DNA of 41,263 nt from an uncultured Candidatus Cloacimonadota bacterium (GTDB lineage: Bacteria > Cloacimonadota > Cloacimonadia > Cloacimonadales > TCS61), in the NCBI GenBank assembly GCA_964419355.1, contig CAYQOZ010000003.1, forward strand, positions 1 through 41,263, in the 5' to 3' direction. The translations under genes were made by a program, and so were the position numbers. Shown here piece after piece: positions 8,634 through 17,754 of the stretch. How positions within the stretch are numbered: the stretch's first letter is position 1; each line of letters opens with the position of its first letter. The notes beneath the pieces are model-generated. The model was not told where the DNA came from and made no database searches. It worked only from the letters and a program-made list of their open reading frames with translations.

Positions 8634-10853
8634 TTAAAATGTTGTTCCAAATTGGAAATGTGGTTCCCAAGTTCTATCTCTAAAGTTGCGAGCATAATCA
8701 AATCCAATAAGTCCAAGTGGGCTTTGGACGCGAATTCCGAAGCCAGCACCCTTCTTCATTTCCAAAAAATTAAATTCTTCCAAATGGTTGTAACTATCTC
8801 CAGAATCGAAAAATATTAAACCGATAATTTGGTCGCTACCAATTGGAACGCTGTATTCGGTGGAAAATAAAATTTCTCGAAGTCCACCACCGTCTGGTCC
8901 GACAGATCTATCAGCGTAACCTCTAATTCCATCTGCTCCAGTTCCACCGAGATAAAATCTCTCATCTGGCGGAGCTTCTTTTCCATCAAATCCGTTCACG
9001 AATCCGAATCTCCATTTTGTTCGTAGTACAAATTTCCAAAAAGTGCGAGTGAACCAACTCACCTGTGCAATATGTTTGTAATAATTAAAATCACCAGACA
9101 AGATTCCACCAGCATATTCAGAGAATAGTGTGAAGCTTGAGCCGGAAGATGGAAAGAAAATATTATCTCTGCTATCACGTGAAAAAGTAACGGAAATGGA
9201 ACTTGTGTTTTGCCATCCTAATGAATCTAATTCCGTGAGAGCATCAGATACATCCTCATCGTATCCGCTTAAAATCTGATATTTTTTTGCGTAAAAAGAA
9301 TAACTGGTAATCAATTTGGAATAATTGAGAAATGATAATGGACGACCTAAACGAAAAGAACCACCATTTGACTGAACATCATATTTATCCCACTCTTTGG
9401 TCGTATGATAAATATCGTAGCCAACCAAAGTATTGGAATCAAAGAGATAAGGGTTGGTAAAATTCAAGGTAAAATTTTGAGTTTTTCCACCGAATTCCCA
9501 CTGAATGCTACTCTTCCAGGCATTCCCAAAAAGATTGTTGTGGCTTACGGATATTTGACCGACTAAACCTTCCTGAGCATTCAAAGCTATTCCACCATTT
9601 GCACTGCCAGAAACCTTGTCATTGACATTAATTGTAAGGTCAATATCACCATTATCGTTAATTACTTCAGGATTATCCAAGTGAATATCTGGTTCAAAAA
9701 ATCCCAAATTATAAATATTTTGCTGGCTCTTCATTATTTTGGATTGTTGGAAATAATCTCCGGGAGAAATCACCAGTTGTCGTCTGATAATTTTCTCTTT
9801 AGTTTTACGGTTTCCAACGATATTGATTTTTCTTACGCGAGCTCGATTATTTTCAATAATTTCCAATTTTATATCGATGGTTGATTTTGATTTTACTAAA
9901 TTATGGTCAAAATTAGAGTAGATGTAACCTTCTTCGTAATACATCGAAGTAACCGCACCGAGTTGTTCATTGAATTTTTCTAAATTAAATATTTCATCTT
10001 TTGCAAATTTAAATTGAGAAATTATCATTTCATCCGTAAATTTATCATTTCCAGAGACCTCAATTTTTCCAAAATGATAAATATCACCTTCAAAAAGATA
10101 AATTTCGATGACAAAACGGTTATCTATCAATCTTTTATCCCAAGAAATTATGTTGGCATCGATGAATCCTTTTTTGTTGTAATATGAAACGAGAAGATTG
10201 AGATCATTCTCGAATTCCTCTAATTCAAATTTTCCAGATCGGAACAAACTTTTGCATTTTGTTTTCATTTTACCGAGTAGTTTTTTGGTGCGAATGAGTT
10301 TATTTCCGTGAAGGTTAATCTCTTCTATTACAACTTTTGCATTTTCTTTAATTTCCAATTTCAGATTAATTCTGTTGTTTTCCAATCGTTCAACTGTAAA
10401 TTCCGTTTCCGCAAGATGGTAATCCTTTATTTTATATTCATCAGAGATTATATTTTTGGTTTCTATTCTCAGGAATGGTGACCAGTAACTTCCCTTTTTC
10501 ACATCCAAAAGTTCGTTAAATTTCTCATCGCTTATCTTTTTGTTTCCTTTAATTTCAATCTCATTAACAACAGGAAATTCTTTGATTTCAACGTTGATTG
10601 AAATGCCTTGTTGAAGTTCATTTTTGTTAATGGAAATATCTTCAAAAACACCTAATTGATAAAGGTTTTTAATAGATTTTGAAATCATTTCGGGATTGAG
10701 ATTATCTCCAATTTCAAAAGTCAAAAGAGACTGAATTAGTTCAGTCTCAATATTAGAATTTCCACTGATTTGTATGTCTAAAATTATGGAATCTTGTCCA
10801 TAAATTAAAGCAAATGTTAAAATTAGTAACAAAGTGATTATCACTTTTTTCAT
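8634..10853 (-). CDS. bamA: Outer membrane protein assembly factor BamA
   Basis: Five POTRA repeats (I.I.GN), FYLGG...IRGY, SPLGLIGFDY and C-terminal FQFGTTF. Start moved to ATG 10853 (GGAG upstream). Confidence 0.95.
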   Translation of the reverse strand: MKKVIITLLLILTFALIYGQDSIILDIQISGNSNIETELIQSLLTFEIGDNLNPEMISKSIKNLYQLGVFEDISINKNELQQGISINVEIKEFPVVNEIEIKGNKKISDEKFNELLDVKKGSYWSPFLRIETKNIISDEYKIKDYHLAETEFTVERLENNRINLKLEIKENAKVVIEEINLHGNKLIRTKKLLGKMKTKCKSLFRSGKFELEEFENDLNLLVSYYNKKGFIDANIISWDKRLIDNRFVIEIYLFEGDIYHFGKIEVSGNDKFTDEMIISQFKFAKDEIFNLEKFNEQLGAVTSMYYEEGYIYSNFDHNLVKSKSTIDIKLEIIENNRARVRKINIVGNRKTKEKIIRRQLVISPGDYFQQSKIMKSQQNIYNLGFFEPDIHLDNPEVINDNGDIDLTINVNDKVSGSANGGIALNAQEGLVGQISVSHNNLFGNAWKSSIQWEFGGKTQNFTLNFTNPYLFDSNTLVGYDIYHTTKEWDKYDVQSNGGSFRLGRPLSFLNYSKLITSYSFYAKKYQILSGYDEDVSDALTELDSLGWQNTSSISVTFSRDSRDNIFFPSSGSSFTLFSEYAGGILSGDFNYYKHIAQVSWFTRTFWKFVLRTKWRFGFVNGFDGKEAPPDERFYLGGTGADGIRGYADRSVGPDGGGLREILFSTEYSVPIGSDQIIGLIFFDSGDSYNHLEEFNFLEMKKGAGFGIRVQSPLGLIGFDYARNFRDRTWEPHFQFGTTF

Positions 10854-10998
10854 TAATACTCCTTTTTTCAATAAGTTTATCAGAATCTTATTCCAAAATT
10901 AATTTTTTAATTTTGAAGTAAAGTTTTTTATTCGACATTTTAAAGAATGTTTTGAATTTCGAGTTCTCAGCATATCAAAAAAAACATTAAAAAGCAAA

Positions 10999-11028
10999 CA
11001 AATCTTTAAAATATTAGCATTTTTGCAA
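10999..11028 (-). promoter_or_regulatory. Putative bamA promoter
   Basis: TTGCAA-N18-GATTTG on the minus strand. Confidence 0.4.
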
Positions 11029-11036
11029 AATCTTAG

Positions 11037-11066
11037 TTGACGCATTTAAGCAGATTCATTTTTTGT
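11037..11066 (+). promoter_or_regulatory. Putative promoter of the dapA remnant and downstream ORF
   Basis: TTGACG-N18-TTTTGT. Confidence 0.45.
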
Positions 11067-11093
11067 ATAAACGAATGCTATCGGGGAGGTAGT

Positions 11094-11216
11094 ATGATTC
11101 AAGATTCGTATGTTGCATTAGTTACGCCTTTCAAAAAGAATGGCATTGATTATTTAGCACTTGAAAATCTAAAAAGACTAATAAAAGCGATGAAAAAATA
11201 TAAATTGAAAAAGTAA
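11094..11216 (+). pseudogene. dapA: dapA (4-hydroxy-tetrahydrodipicolinate synthase) remnant, 40 codons
   Basis: Strong SD GGAGGT. Translates MIQDSYVALVTPFKKNGIDYLALENLKRLIKAMKKYKLKK*. The N-terminus is the DapA-family VALVTPF..G.IDY.AL signature. The catalytic core is absent. Confidence 0.7.
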
Positions 11217-11222
11217 AGAAAA

Positions 11223-11609
11223 TTGAGAAAGAGAAATTTAAGACAAAACAAAAATGTAATCATTTGCCCGAAGTCAAAACAATTTACAGATATAATTGTT
11301 TGTGCGGCAAATTGTGCTGAAAACAGATATTGTGAAGAATATCGAAAGAAAATTTCGCTCGATATTCTATTAGATTTTGTGGAAGCACATCCAAATTACA
11401 AGTTAATAGGAGAACTTATGGCTACCAAAGAAACTAAGAGTAAAGAGACGAAACTCTGGATTATGAACAAAGATAACCAGGTTGAAGAGATTACGGAAAA
11501 AGAAGTTTTGAATAATCCGCAAAAATATATCAAAGCTCAAATTTGGGACAAACCTACTTTCAAATATGAAGTTATCATCAAGCTGAAGCGCGTGCGAGTA
11601 GAAGATTAA
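11223..11609 (+). CDS. Hypothetical protein with a 4-Cys N-terminal region; possible internal start at 11418
   Basis: CP...CAANC...YC. In-frame ATG at 11418 is preceded by AGGAGA. Confidence 0.65.
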   Translation: MRKRNLRQNKNVIICPKSKQFTDIIVCAANCAENRYCEEYRKKISLDILLDFVEAHPNYKLIGELMATKETKSKETKLWIMNKDNQVEEITEKEVLNNPQKYIKAQIWDKPTFKYEVIIKLKRVRVED

Positions 11610-11626
11610 AAAATAATATTGAATAA

Positions 11627-11968
11627 TTAGTAATTCTTGCGGAATTTGAAGTATAAAAATACTATCAAAAATCCCAGGATATCAGCTATTAGGTCGAAGT
11701 AGGAGAACATTCTACCCGGAATGGGTATTTGGTGTAATTCATCAAATAATGGAACAAAGATAGCAAGAATTAAAAGTCTTTTTAGAACGAAAAATTTCTT
11801 TTTATACATCTTCACAAATAGAAATGCAAAAAGTGTATAAACGAACAGATGTGCCACTTTATCTAAATTTAACTCATCGTTAGTTGGTATATCCAATTTT
11901 GGAATCGAGGTGAGTGTGAACAAGATAATCGTCCACAAAATGAACAGAATTAAATATTTTTTTCTCAT
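11627..11968 (-). CDS. VanZ family membrane protein
   Basis: LTSIP, DKVAHLFVY, DELHQ..IPGR..S..DLIAD.LG. Start set at MRKKY (ATGA overlap with the upstream gene). Confidence 0.88.
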   Translation of the reverse strand: MRKKYLILFILWTIILFTLTSIPKLDIPTNDELNLDKVAHLFVYTLFAFLFVKMYKKKFFVLKRLLILAIFVPLFDELHQIPIPGRMFSYFDLIADILGFLIVFLYFKFRKNY

Positions 11969-12687
11969 TTTTGATATTCTTGCAAATGCCAAACAACTGG
12001 GAATGGTTTCATCGAATAAACAGCTTTTATTGGCAACTTTCTTTCGTCAGCGGTAAACCAAAAATACAATTCATTTTCTTCATTCACCAGATTATTGGTA
12101 AGCATATCACTTCTCTCTTTTTTTCCTTTTGAAATTTTTTGAAAAGATATTTTCACTTTTTTAGATTTTATCTTCCCAATTTTTGTGTTTAGAATTTCCT
12201 CTTTAACAATTTGAAAACCAGCTTTCCAAACAAGTTTATTAGCATCTATCCACAAAATTCCATCTCCATTTTTTAGGTTATTTCTCATAAAAAGTAGAGC
12301 TGTAAAAAAATCACGACTTTTGTTATTTATTGGATATTCGCAAGATTTGTCATCATCGTCGAAACTGATTCTCTTTGCTTTTTTGCTTTCTCTTTCGTAA
12401 CGAATAATTCGATTTTCTGAATAATCTTTTTGCACAATTTTTTTTTGGTAAAAGTGGGGAAGAAGTTCATCATCAAATTTAGAAAAATAGTAATTATCCA
12501 TTTTGGCGGTTAAATTGCCGAGAGCAGTTGATTTTGCGGTTACTGAAATTGTGCTGTCGGTAATTGCCATAACTACATCTATAACTTTTAGTCCCAAATA
12601 ATCAATGGAAAAATTTATTATTTCTGCTGTAAGAAAATTTGCGGATAAAATTATGACAATTAAAAATAGAAGTTTATTATTCATCAA
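11965..12687 (-). CDS. Exported protein, DUF3108-like
   Basis: Signal peptide, D.FTAL..MR, T.IG.I and WFTADERKLPIK. Confidence 0.7.
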   Translation of the reverse strand: MMNNKLLFLIVIILSANFLTAEIINFSIDYLGLKVIDVVMAITDSTISVTAKSTALGNLTAKMDNYYFSKFDDELLPHFYQKKIVQKDYSENRIIRYERESKKAKRISFDDDDKSCEYPINNKSRDFFTALLFMRNNLKNGDGILWIDANKLVWKAGFQIVKEEILNTKIGKIKSKKVKISFQKISKGKKERSDMLTNNLVNEENELYFWFTADERKLPIKAVYSMKPFPVVWHLQEYQK

Positions 12688-13939
12688 TTTTACTAAGAAT
12701 ATGCATCAAAACATATTGAATTCGTTGACCATCAACCTCGATAATTGTGAATTTTACTTTATTATTATGGATAAAATTTTCATTTTTTTCTGGCACTTTA
12801 TTGAATTGGTCGAACAAAAAATTGGCTACATTATCATATTCGGCATCAATTTCCAATTCAAAATCTTCATTAAGTTCAGCGATTGAATACATTCCATTAA
12901 TTACATAATCGTTTTCATTTTTCTTATGAATCATTGGTTCTTCTTTATCAAGTTCATCGCGTATTTCTCCAACCAATTCTTCCAAAATATCTTCCAAAGT
13001 AATTAAGCCAGAAGTTCCACCATATTCGTCAACTACAATCGCGATTTGAATTTTTTGTTTTTTGAATTGATTGAAAAGATTAAATATTTTCATATTTTCC
13101 GTAACAATTATCGGAGGTCGAAGAAGCGAACTAATGCTCTTTTTTTGCATATTTAGAATGATATCTTTTGCATACAAAATTCCGATTATATTATCAATTG
13201 TTTTATTGTAGATAGGAATTTTTGAATGACCGGATTCATTAATTATTTTTTTGACGGTTTTTATGCCGTCAGTGTGATTAACAGCATTTATATCAACTCT
13301 AGGAGTCATAATTTCTTTTGTCAAAGTCGAAGAAAATCGGAAGATACTAGAAATTATTTTTTTCTCATTTTCTTCTAGAGAATTCTGAGCAACATCCGAT
13401 TTGATGATATTTTTAAAATCCTCAGTTGTGAGTCTTGCTAAATTTCCGATGGATTTTTTTGTTGAAAATAGCAAACTGATAAAATCCAAAATTTTTATCA
13501 AAGGCCACAAAGCATATTTGATAATTTCCAAAGCAAAACTAGAAAAACGAGTAAATTTTTGAGGTGAAGAGAAAGCAATTAATTTGGGAGTAATTTCTCC
13601 TAAAATCAGCAAAAGTGCAGTTATAATCGCAATTTCACTTATTAATAAAATGGATTTTGAAACAGAAGTTAAGTAATTTTCACCCAAATAAAGAGAGATT
13701 AAAGCCGCTGTAGATGCCGCTGCCACATTTACGATGGTATTTCCCAAAAGTATGATGATAAGCAGTTCGCGAGGTTTTTTGAGCAAACGAATTATTCGTC
13801 TGGAATATTTTGTGTCCTCTTTTTCTATTTTTTTTAATTGAAGTTTGGAAAGCGAAAAAAAAGCAGTTTCAGAGCCAGAAAAAAAAGCTGACAAAAACAA
13901 GAAGCCTAAAATTGAAAATAACGAAAAACTAATATTCAC
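12677..13939 (-). CDS. Hemolysin/CorC-HlyC family (CNNM-CBS-CorC) transporter
   Basis: SAFFSGSETAFFSL, GEITPK, IMTPR, HSKIP, VDEYGGTSGLITLEDILEELVGEI. Confidence 0.93.
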   Translation of the reverse strand: MNISFSLFSILGFLFLSAFFSGSETAFFSLSKLQLKKIEKEDTKYSRRIIRLLKKPRELLIIILLGNTIVNVAAASTAALISLYLGENYLTSVSKSILLISEIAIITALLLILGEITPKLIAFSSPQKFTRFSSFALEIIKYALWPLIKILDFISLLFSTKKSIGNLARLTTEDFKNIIKSDVAQNSLEENEKKIISSIFRFSSTLTKEIMTPRVDINAVNHTDGIKTVKKIINESGHSKIPIYNKTIDNIIGILYAKDIILNMQKKSISSLLRPPIIVTENMKIFNLFNQFKKQKIQIAIVVDEYGGTSGLITLEDILEELVGEIRDELDKEEPMIHKKNENDYVINGMYSIAELNEDFELEIDAEYDNVANFLFDQFNKVPEKNENFIHNNKVKFTIIEVDGQRIQYVLMHILSKIDE

Positions 13940-14372
13940 GAAGTTTATCCTCCTTTAAAATTTTTAAATATTTATGTTCTTTTGTGCGCATAATTTCACC
14001 TTGTTTTTTGGAAAGGTGATCATAACCCAAAAGGTGCAGAATTCCATGTAAAAACAAAGTTTGAATTTCTTCTTCTAAAGTTCTATTCTCTTTTTGCAGA
14101 TTGGCTATTTTGGTGTCAATAATAATATCACCGAGTAAAGGAATATTGGGGATTGACGCAGAAAAAGAGATTACGTCGGTAAAATAGTTTCTTCCAAAAT
14201 ATTTATTGTTTAGAATTTTTATAGTCTCATCTTCTGTAAGTTTTAATGAGACGAAAGTGTCTTTTGGTAAAGTCTCTTCCAAAACAACAATTTCCAAAAT
14301 ATCAGAAAATATTTTTGTTGGAAAATTATGTTTCGTGCAATTATCAATCTGTATTTGGTTCTGGGTATTCAA
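13929..14372 (-). CDS. ybeY: rRNA maturation endoribonuclease YbeY
   Basis: LN..Y, TDVISF, LGDIII, HGILHLLGYDH. Confidence 0.93.
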   Translation of the reverse strand: MNTQNQIQIDNCTKHNFPTKIFSDILEIVVLEETLPKDTFVSLKLTEDETIKILNNKYFGRNYFTDVISFSASIPNIPLLGDIIIDTKIANLQKENRTLEEEIQTLFLHGILHLLGYDHLSKKQGEIMRTKEHKYLKILKEDKLREY

Positions 14373-16464
14373 GGCGTTTTCTATATACTCCTAATAAAAT
14401 TGGCATCATTTGAGATTTCACAATATTAATTTCTCTCAATGTGATAGGTGCTTCATCGAGCTGTTTTTCATCCATTAAATTTTTTACTGTTTTTTCGAGA
14501 ACTTCTTTTATTATTTCTTCATTAATAACATCTAAAGATTTCGTCGTAGATTCCACAATATCTGCAATCATCACAATTGCGGTTTCTTTGGTTTGCGGTT
14601 TTGGACCGGAATATTGAAAATCTGTTTCATTAATTTTTAGATTCGATTCTATAGCTTTGTTGTAAAAATATCTGATAAGGCTAGTTCCGTGATGTTGACG
14701 AATAAATTGCAAAATGGCTTCAGGAAGATTAATTTTTTTTGCAAGAGCAATTCCATCATTGATATGTTTTTTGATAACATGAGCACTTTCGCTGGCTATC
14801 ATTTTATCATGCGGATTCTCATTATCAGTTCCGTTCTCAATAAAAAATTGCGGATTCTCTATTTTTCCAATATCGTGATAATAGCTACCCACACGAGCCA
14901 GAAGATGATTTGCTCCAATTGCTTCAGCTGCACTTTCTGCCAGATTTCCAACGATGATGGAGTGATGATATGTTCCAGGGGCAATTTTAGCAACTTTCTG
15001 CATCAGCGGATTATCAAAATCCAAAAGTTCCAACAGAATTTGTTTGGTTGCCATATTCAGTTTGTGTTCAATAATGGGAGAGAATAGTATGAAGCCGACA
15101 ATTGATAAAATGCATGACCCGATTCCCCAAATTAAATGTCTGGAATAGATTGAAAAGCTATCTAATTTTATCAAACTTATCAGAGAAATAATCACGAAAA
15201 AAGAGGCTATCAAATAAAATGCTTGCGGATAATATTCTTGGTTATTTTTTATTTTCTTTAAAGCTAAAATTCCACCAAGAGTTCCCAAACTCAAAATTAG
15301 TGGATTGACAAAACTCCAATTGAGAAACAGCGATACAAAAAAAAGGCTAAAAAAATTGAAAATAATGCCGATATGCACATTAAAAATTACTGCGACTAAC
15401 AAGACCGCAAAACTAAATGGAATGAGGAGAGATGAAACTTGCAATACATTATGGACGGCAATTGTAAAAATAATTGTTAAAAGAAAACTTCCTAAAATAA
15501 CGAGTAGGCGAGATGTGGTAGAATATTTTTCATGAAAAAGAGCTGTTAAAATAAAATTGAAAAGAACCAATAAAACCAGACTGAAAATAAATACACCGAA
15601 TATAGATTGTATCATTTGATATTTGTTTTTTGTCGCAGAGTAATTTTGCGTAGCTTTCATCAAAGATTGTAATTTTAGCAATTCTATAGATGTAACTTTA
15701 TGACCCTGCTCAACGATAACTTCATTTTTTTGCACTTTTCCCATAATCGTAGGAATTTTTTCGCGTGCTTTTTCTCGCTCCAATTTGGTCATATCCTCGT
15801 TTATGATGATATTTGGAATCAAAACATAATCAGACATTTTTGAGACAATTTTTGCTTCGATTGGATTATCTCTTTTTTTGGACAAAGTTTCAAGTAACTT
15901 ATTTTTTGCTTCCTGCAATGAATATCGACTTTTTAATCTGTAAGGTGTTATTCTTCCAAATTTTTCAATTTTAATGGGGTCATTGAGATAAAGAGCATCT
16001 GGATAAATTCCAATATCAAGAATAGCGGAAATTTCATTCGACAAAAATTCATAAACAATCTGTCTTTTTGGAGTATCCATCAAATATTTAATGCAATCAT
16101 CAGAAAAATCGTAATCTTTATTTAGAAAATTGGCCTTAATTTTTTCGAATGATTCCTCATTATTGAAGTGTTGGAAAATGTAATCGAGATTTTTTTGAGA
16201 GTTAAATTTTAGATTTTCAGAAACCATATAGACTGGTTTCACATCCTTTGCGGCTTCTTCTTGCTCTGACTGTAGTTTTTTCAAATCTTTATGAACATCA
16301 AAATCAAAAGGTGCAATGAAATCTCTATCCGGAATTTCACTTAACTTCAAATTGAATTCATTGGAAGATGTGCGATAAAGCGATGCGATAAAGTATAATA
16401 ATGCTATCAGAATAGCGGTTAATAAAATAAAATAGGTTTTTAAATTTTTCAATTTACTATTCAA
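14344..16464 (-). CDS. 7TM-HDIG phosphohydrolase (PgpH-like, putative c-di-AMP phosphodiesterase)
   Basis: N-terminal TM, extracytoplasmic domain and 7 TM block. APGTYHHS, YYHDIGK, QHHGT, GPKPQTKE..IVMIAD. Adjacent to ybeY. Confidence 0.88.
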   Translation of the reverse strand: MNSKLKNLKTYFILLTAILIALLYFIASLYRTSSNEFNLKLSEIPDRDFIAPFDFDVHKDLKKLQSEQEEAAKDVKPVYMVSENLKFNSQKNLDYIFQHFNNEESFEKIKANFLNKDYDFSDDCIKYLMDTPKRQIVYEFLSNEISAILDIGIYPDALYLNDPIKIEKFGRITPYRLKSRYSLQEAKNKLLETLSKKRDNPIEAKIVSKMSDYVLIPNIIINEDMTKLEREKAREKIPTIMGKVQKNEVIVEQGHKVTSIELLKLQSLMKATQNYSATKNKYQMIQSIFGVFIFSLVLLVLFNFILTALFHEKYSTTSRLLVILGSFLLTIIFTIAVHNVLQVSSLLIPFSFAVLLVAVIFNVHIGIIFNFFSLFFVSLFLNWSFVNPLILSLGTLGGILALKKIKNNQEYYPQAFYLIASFFVIISLISLIKLDSFSIYSRHLIWGIGSCILSIVGFILFSPIIEHKLNMATKQILLELLDFDNPLMQKVAKIAPGTYHHSIIVGNLAESAAEAIGANHLLARVGSYYHDIGKIENPQFFIENGTDNENPHDKMIASESAHVIKKHINDGIALAKKINLPEAILQFIRQHHGTSLIRYFYNKAIESNLKINETDFQYSGPKPQTKETAIVMIADIVESTTKSLDVINEEIIKEVLEKTVKNLMDEKQLDEAPITLREINIVKSQMMPILLGVYRKRLEYPEPNTD

Positions 16465-16490
16465 AAAAAGCCTCTCAGCTGAGAGGCTTT
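16463..16490 (-). terminator. Intrinsic terminator after the LysM operon
   Basis: 24-bp palindrome AAAGCCTCTCAGCTGAGAGGCTTT (16467-16490), extending into T7 on the minus strand. Confidence 0.75.
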
Positions 16491-16510
16491 ATATTTATGA
16501 TTTTGGAGGA

Positions 16511-17404
16511 TTAATCTCTCGGAATTTCAAAAACTTGATTTGGGTAAATAAGGTCTGGGTCTTTAATTTTGTCTTTATTTGCTCTAAAAATCAAAGGCCA
16601 TTTTGCGCCATTTCCATAAACTTCTGGATAGGAAGCAATTTTCCACAAAAATTCACCTTTATACACTTTCCATTGATTCGGCAATCCACGAGGTATTTTT
16701 ATAACCTGGTTTGGATATATCAGATTAGGATCCTTAATTTGGTCGCGATTTGCTCGCCAAATTATTGGCCATTTAGAGGCGTCATCGTAAATAAATGAAT
16801 ATTGGGCAATTTTAGAAAGCCAATCACCTTTCACAACGGTGTATGAATCTTCATAATATTTTGGTTTGGCAGCATCTAAACTAGCTTTGAGATTAACAAC
16901 TTTGTTATCAAGGTCAGAAAACTCACTTTGAAAATCAGGAACTTTACCAAATTTGCTTCCACGATATTCTTGGTATTCTGTCGTTAAAGCATGCACAGCC
17001 TTTTTGTCCTTCCACAATTGTTTGTCAGTTAAATTATTCCAATTATTTATGTTATTATTGAAATAATTAATTTTTCTTTTGATGTTGGGAAGATCGGCTT
17101 CGGTAAGATCAAGATAGGAAATAATATCTGCATAAGTCTGTTCGTGTTCAGCATTTACTCTTGCAAGTTCCATCTTAATTTCTTCAATTTCGTTACTAAG
17201 TTTTTCTTGATTGGCGAATGCATCAGCTTTTCTTTGCTGAAGATTTACCAATTCAGTTTCAAGATTATCCCAATAAACCAATCTCTCTTTCTTCTTCAAA
17301 TCTTTATAGTCTTCTTCATTGAGATAAGCTATTTCTGCCACCAAAAATACAGGTAATACGAACACGATTGCTAAAGTTATTATTATTAAATTTTTCATAT
17401 CCAC
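16511..17404 (-). CDS. Exported coiled-coil protein with two LysM domains
   Basis: Signal peptide. [13 protein letters not shown]...[16 protein letters not shown] and [11 protein letters not shown]...[16 protein letters not shown]. Confidence 0.92.
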   Translation of the reverse strand: MDMKNLIIITLAIVFVLPVFLVAEIAYLNEEDYKDLKKKERLVYWDNLETELVNLQQRKADAFANQEKLSNEIEEIKMELARVNAEHEQTYADIISYLDLTEADLPNIKRKINYFNNNINNWNNLTDKQLWKDKKAVHALTTEYQEYRGSKFGKVPDFQSEFSDLDNKVVNLKASLDAAKPKYYEDSYTVVKGDWLSKIAQYSFIYDDASKWPIIWRANRDQIKDPNLIYPNQVIKIPRGLPNQWKVYKGEFLWKIASYPEVYGNGAKWPLIFRANKDKIKDPDLIYPNQVFEIPRD

Positions 17405-17406
17405 TC

Positions 17407-17658
17407 CTATTCGCTAGCCTTAAGCTTTTGTTGATAATCTTTCAAACTTTTTAGTTTTGCTTCTGTTTTAGAAAGCTCCGTTTCCAAATCGCCTTTGCTT
17501 GCTTCCAATTGAATAGCTTTTTTCTCTTCTTTAATAGCTTCGTCTTCTGCCGTATCCAGTTGAATTTTTGTAACTGGAGGTGGAGGAGGCGTGCAAGCTG
17601 TCAAAAGAAAAGATGCTATGATCACTAAACCGAACAATACATTCATTGTCTTTTTCAT
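17407..17658 (-). CDS. Small coiled-coil lipoprotein
   Basis: Lipobox LTA-C, PPPPP linker, heptad-like helix. SD GGGAGA. Confidence 0.85.
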   Translation of the reverse strand: MKKTMNVLFGLVIIASFLLTACTPPPPPVTKIQLDTAEDEAIKEEKKAIQLEASKGDLETELSKTEAKLKSLKDYQQKLKASE

Positions 17659-17695
17659 AAAATCTCCCTTTTTATTTTTTTTAATTTCAGTTTAC

Positions 17696-17725
17696 ACGAA
17701 TTGAAAGGAATGCTTATACTGTCAA
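17696..17725 (-). promoter_or_regulatory. Putative promoter of the lipoprotein-LysM operon
   Basis: TTGACA-N18-ATTCGT. Confidence 0.5.
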
Positions 17726-17754
17726 GAATAAATATCTTTTGAATCAAATTAATA

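Noticed and set aside
16530-16830. Internal nucleotide similarity
   Set aside because: Explained by the two tandem LysM domains.
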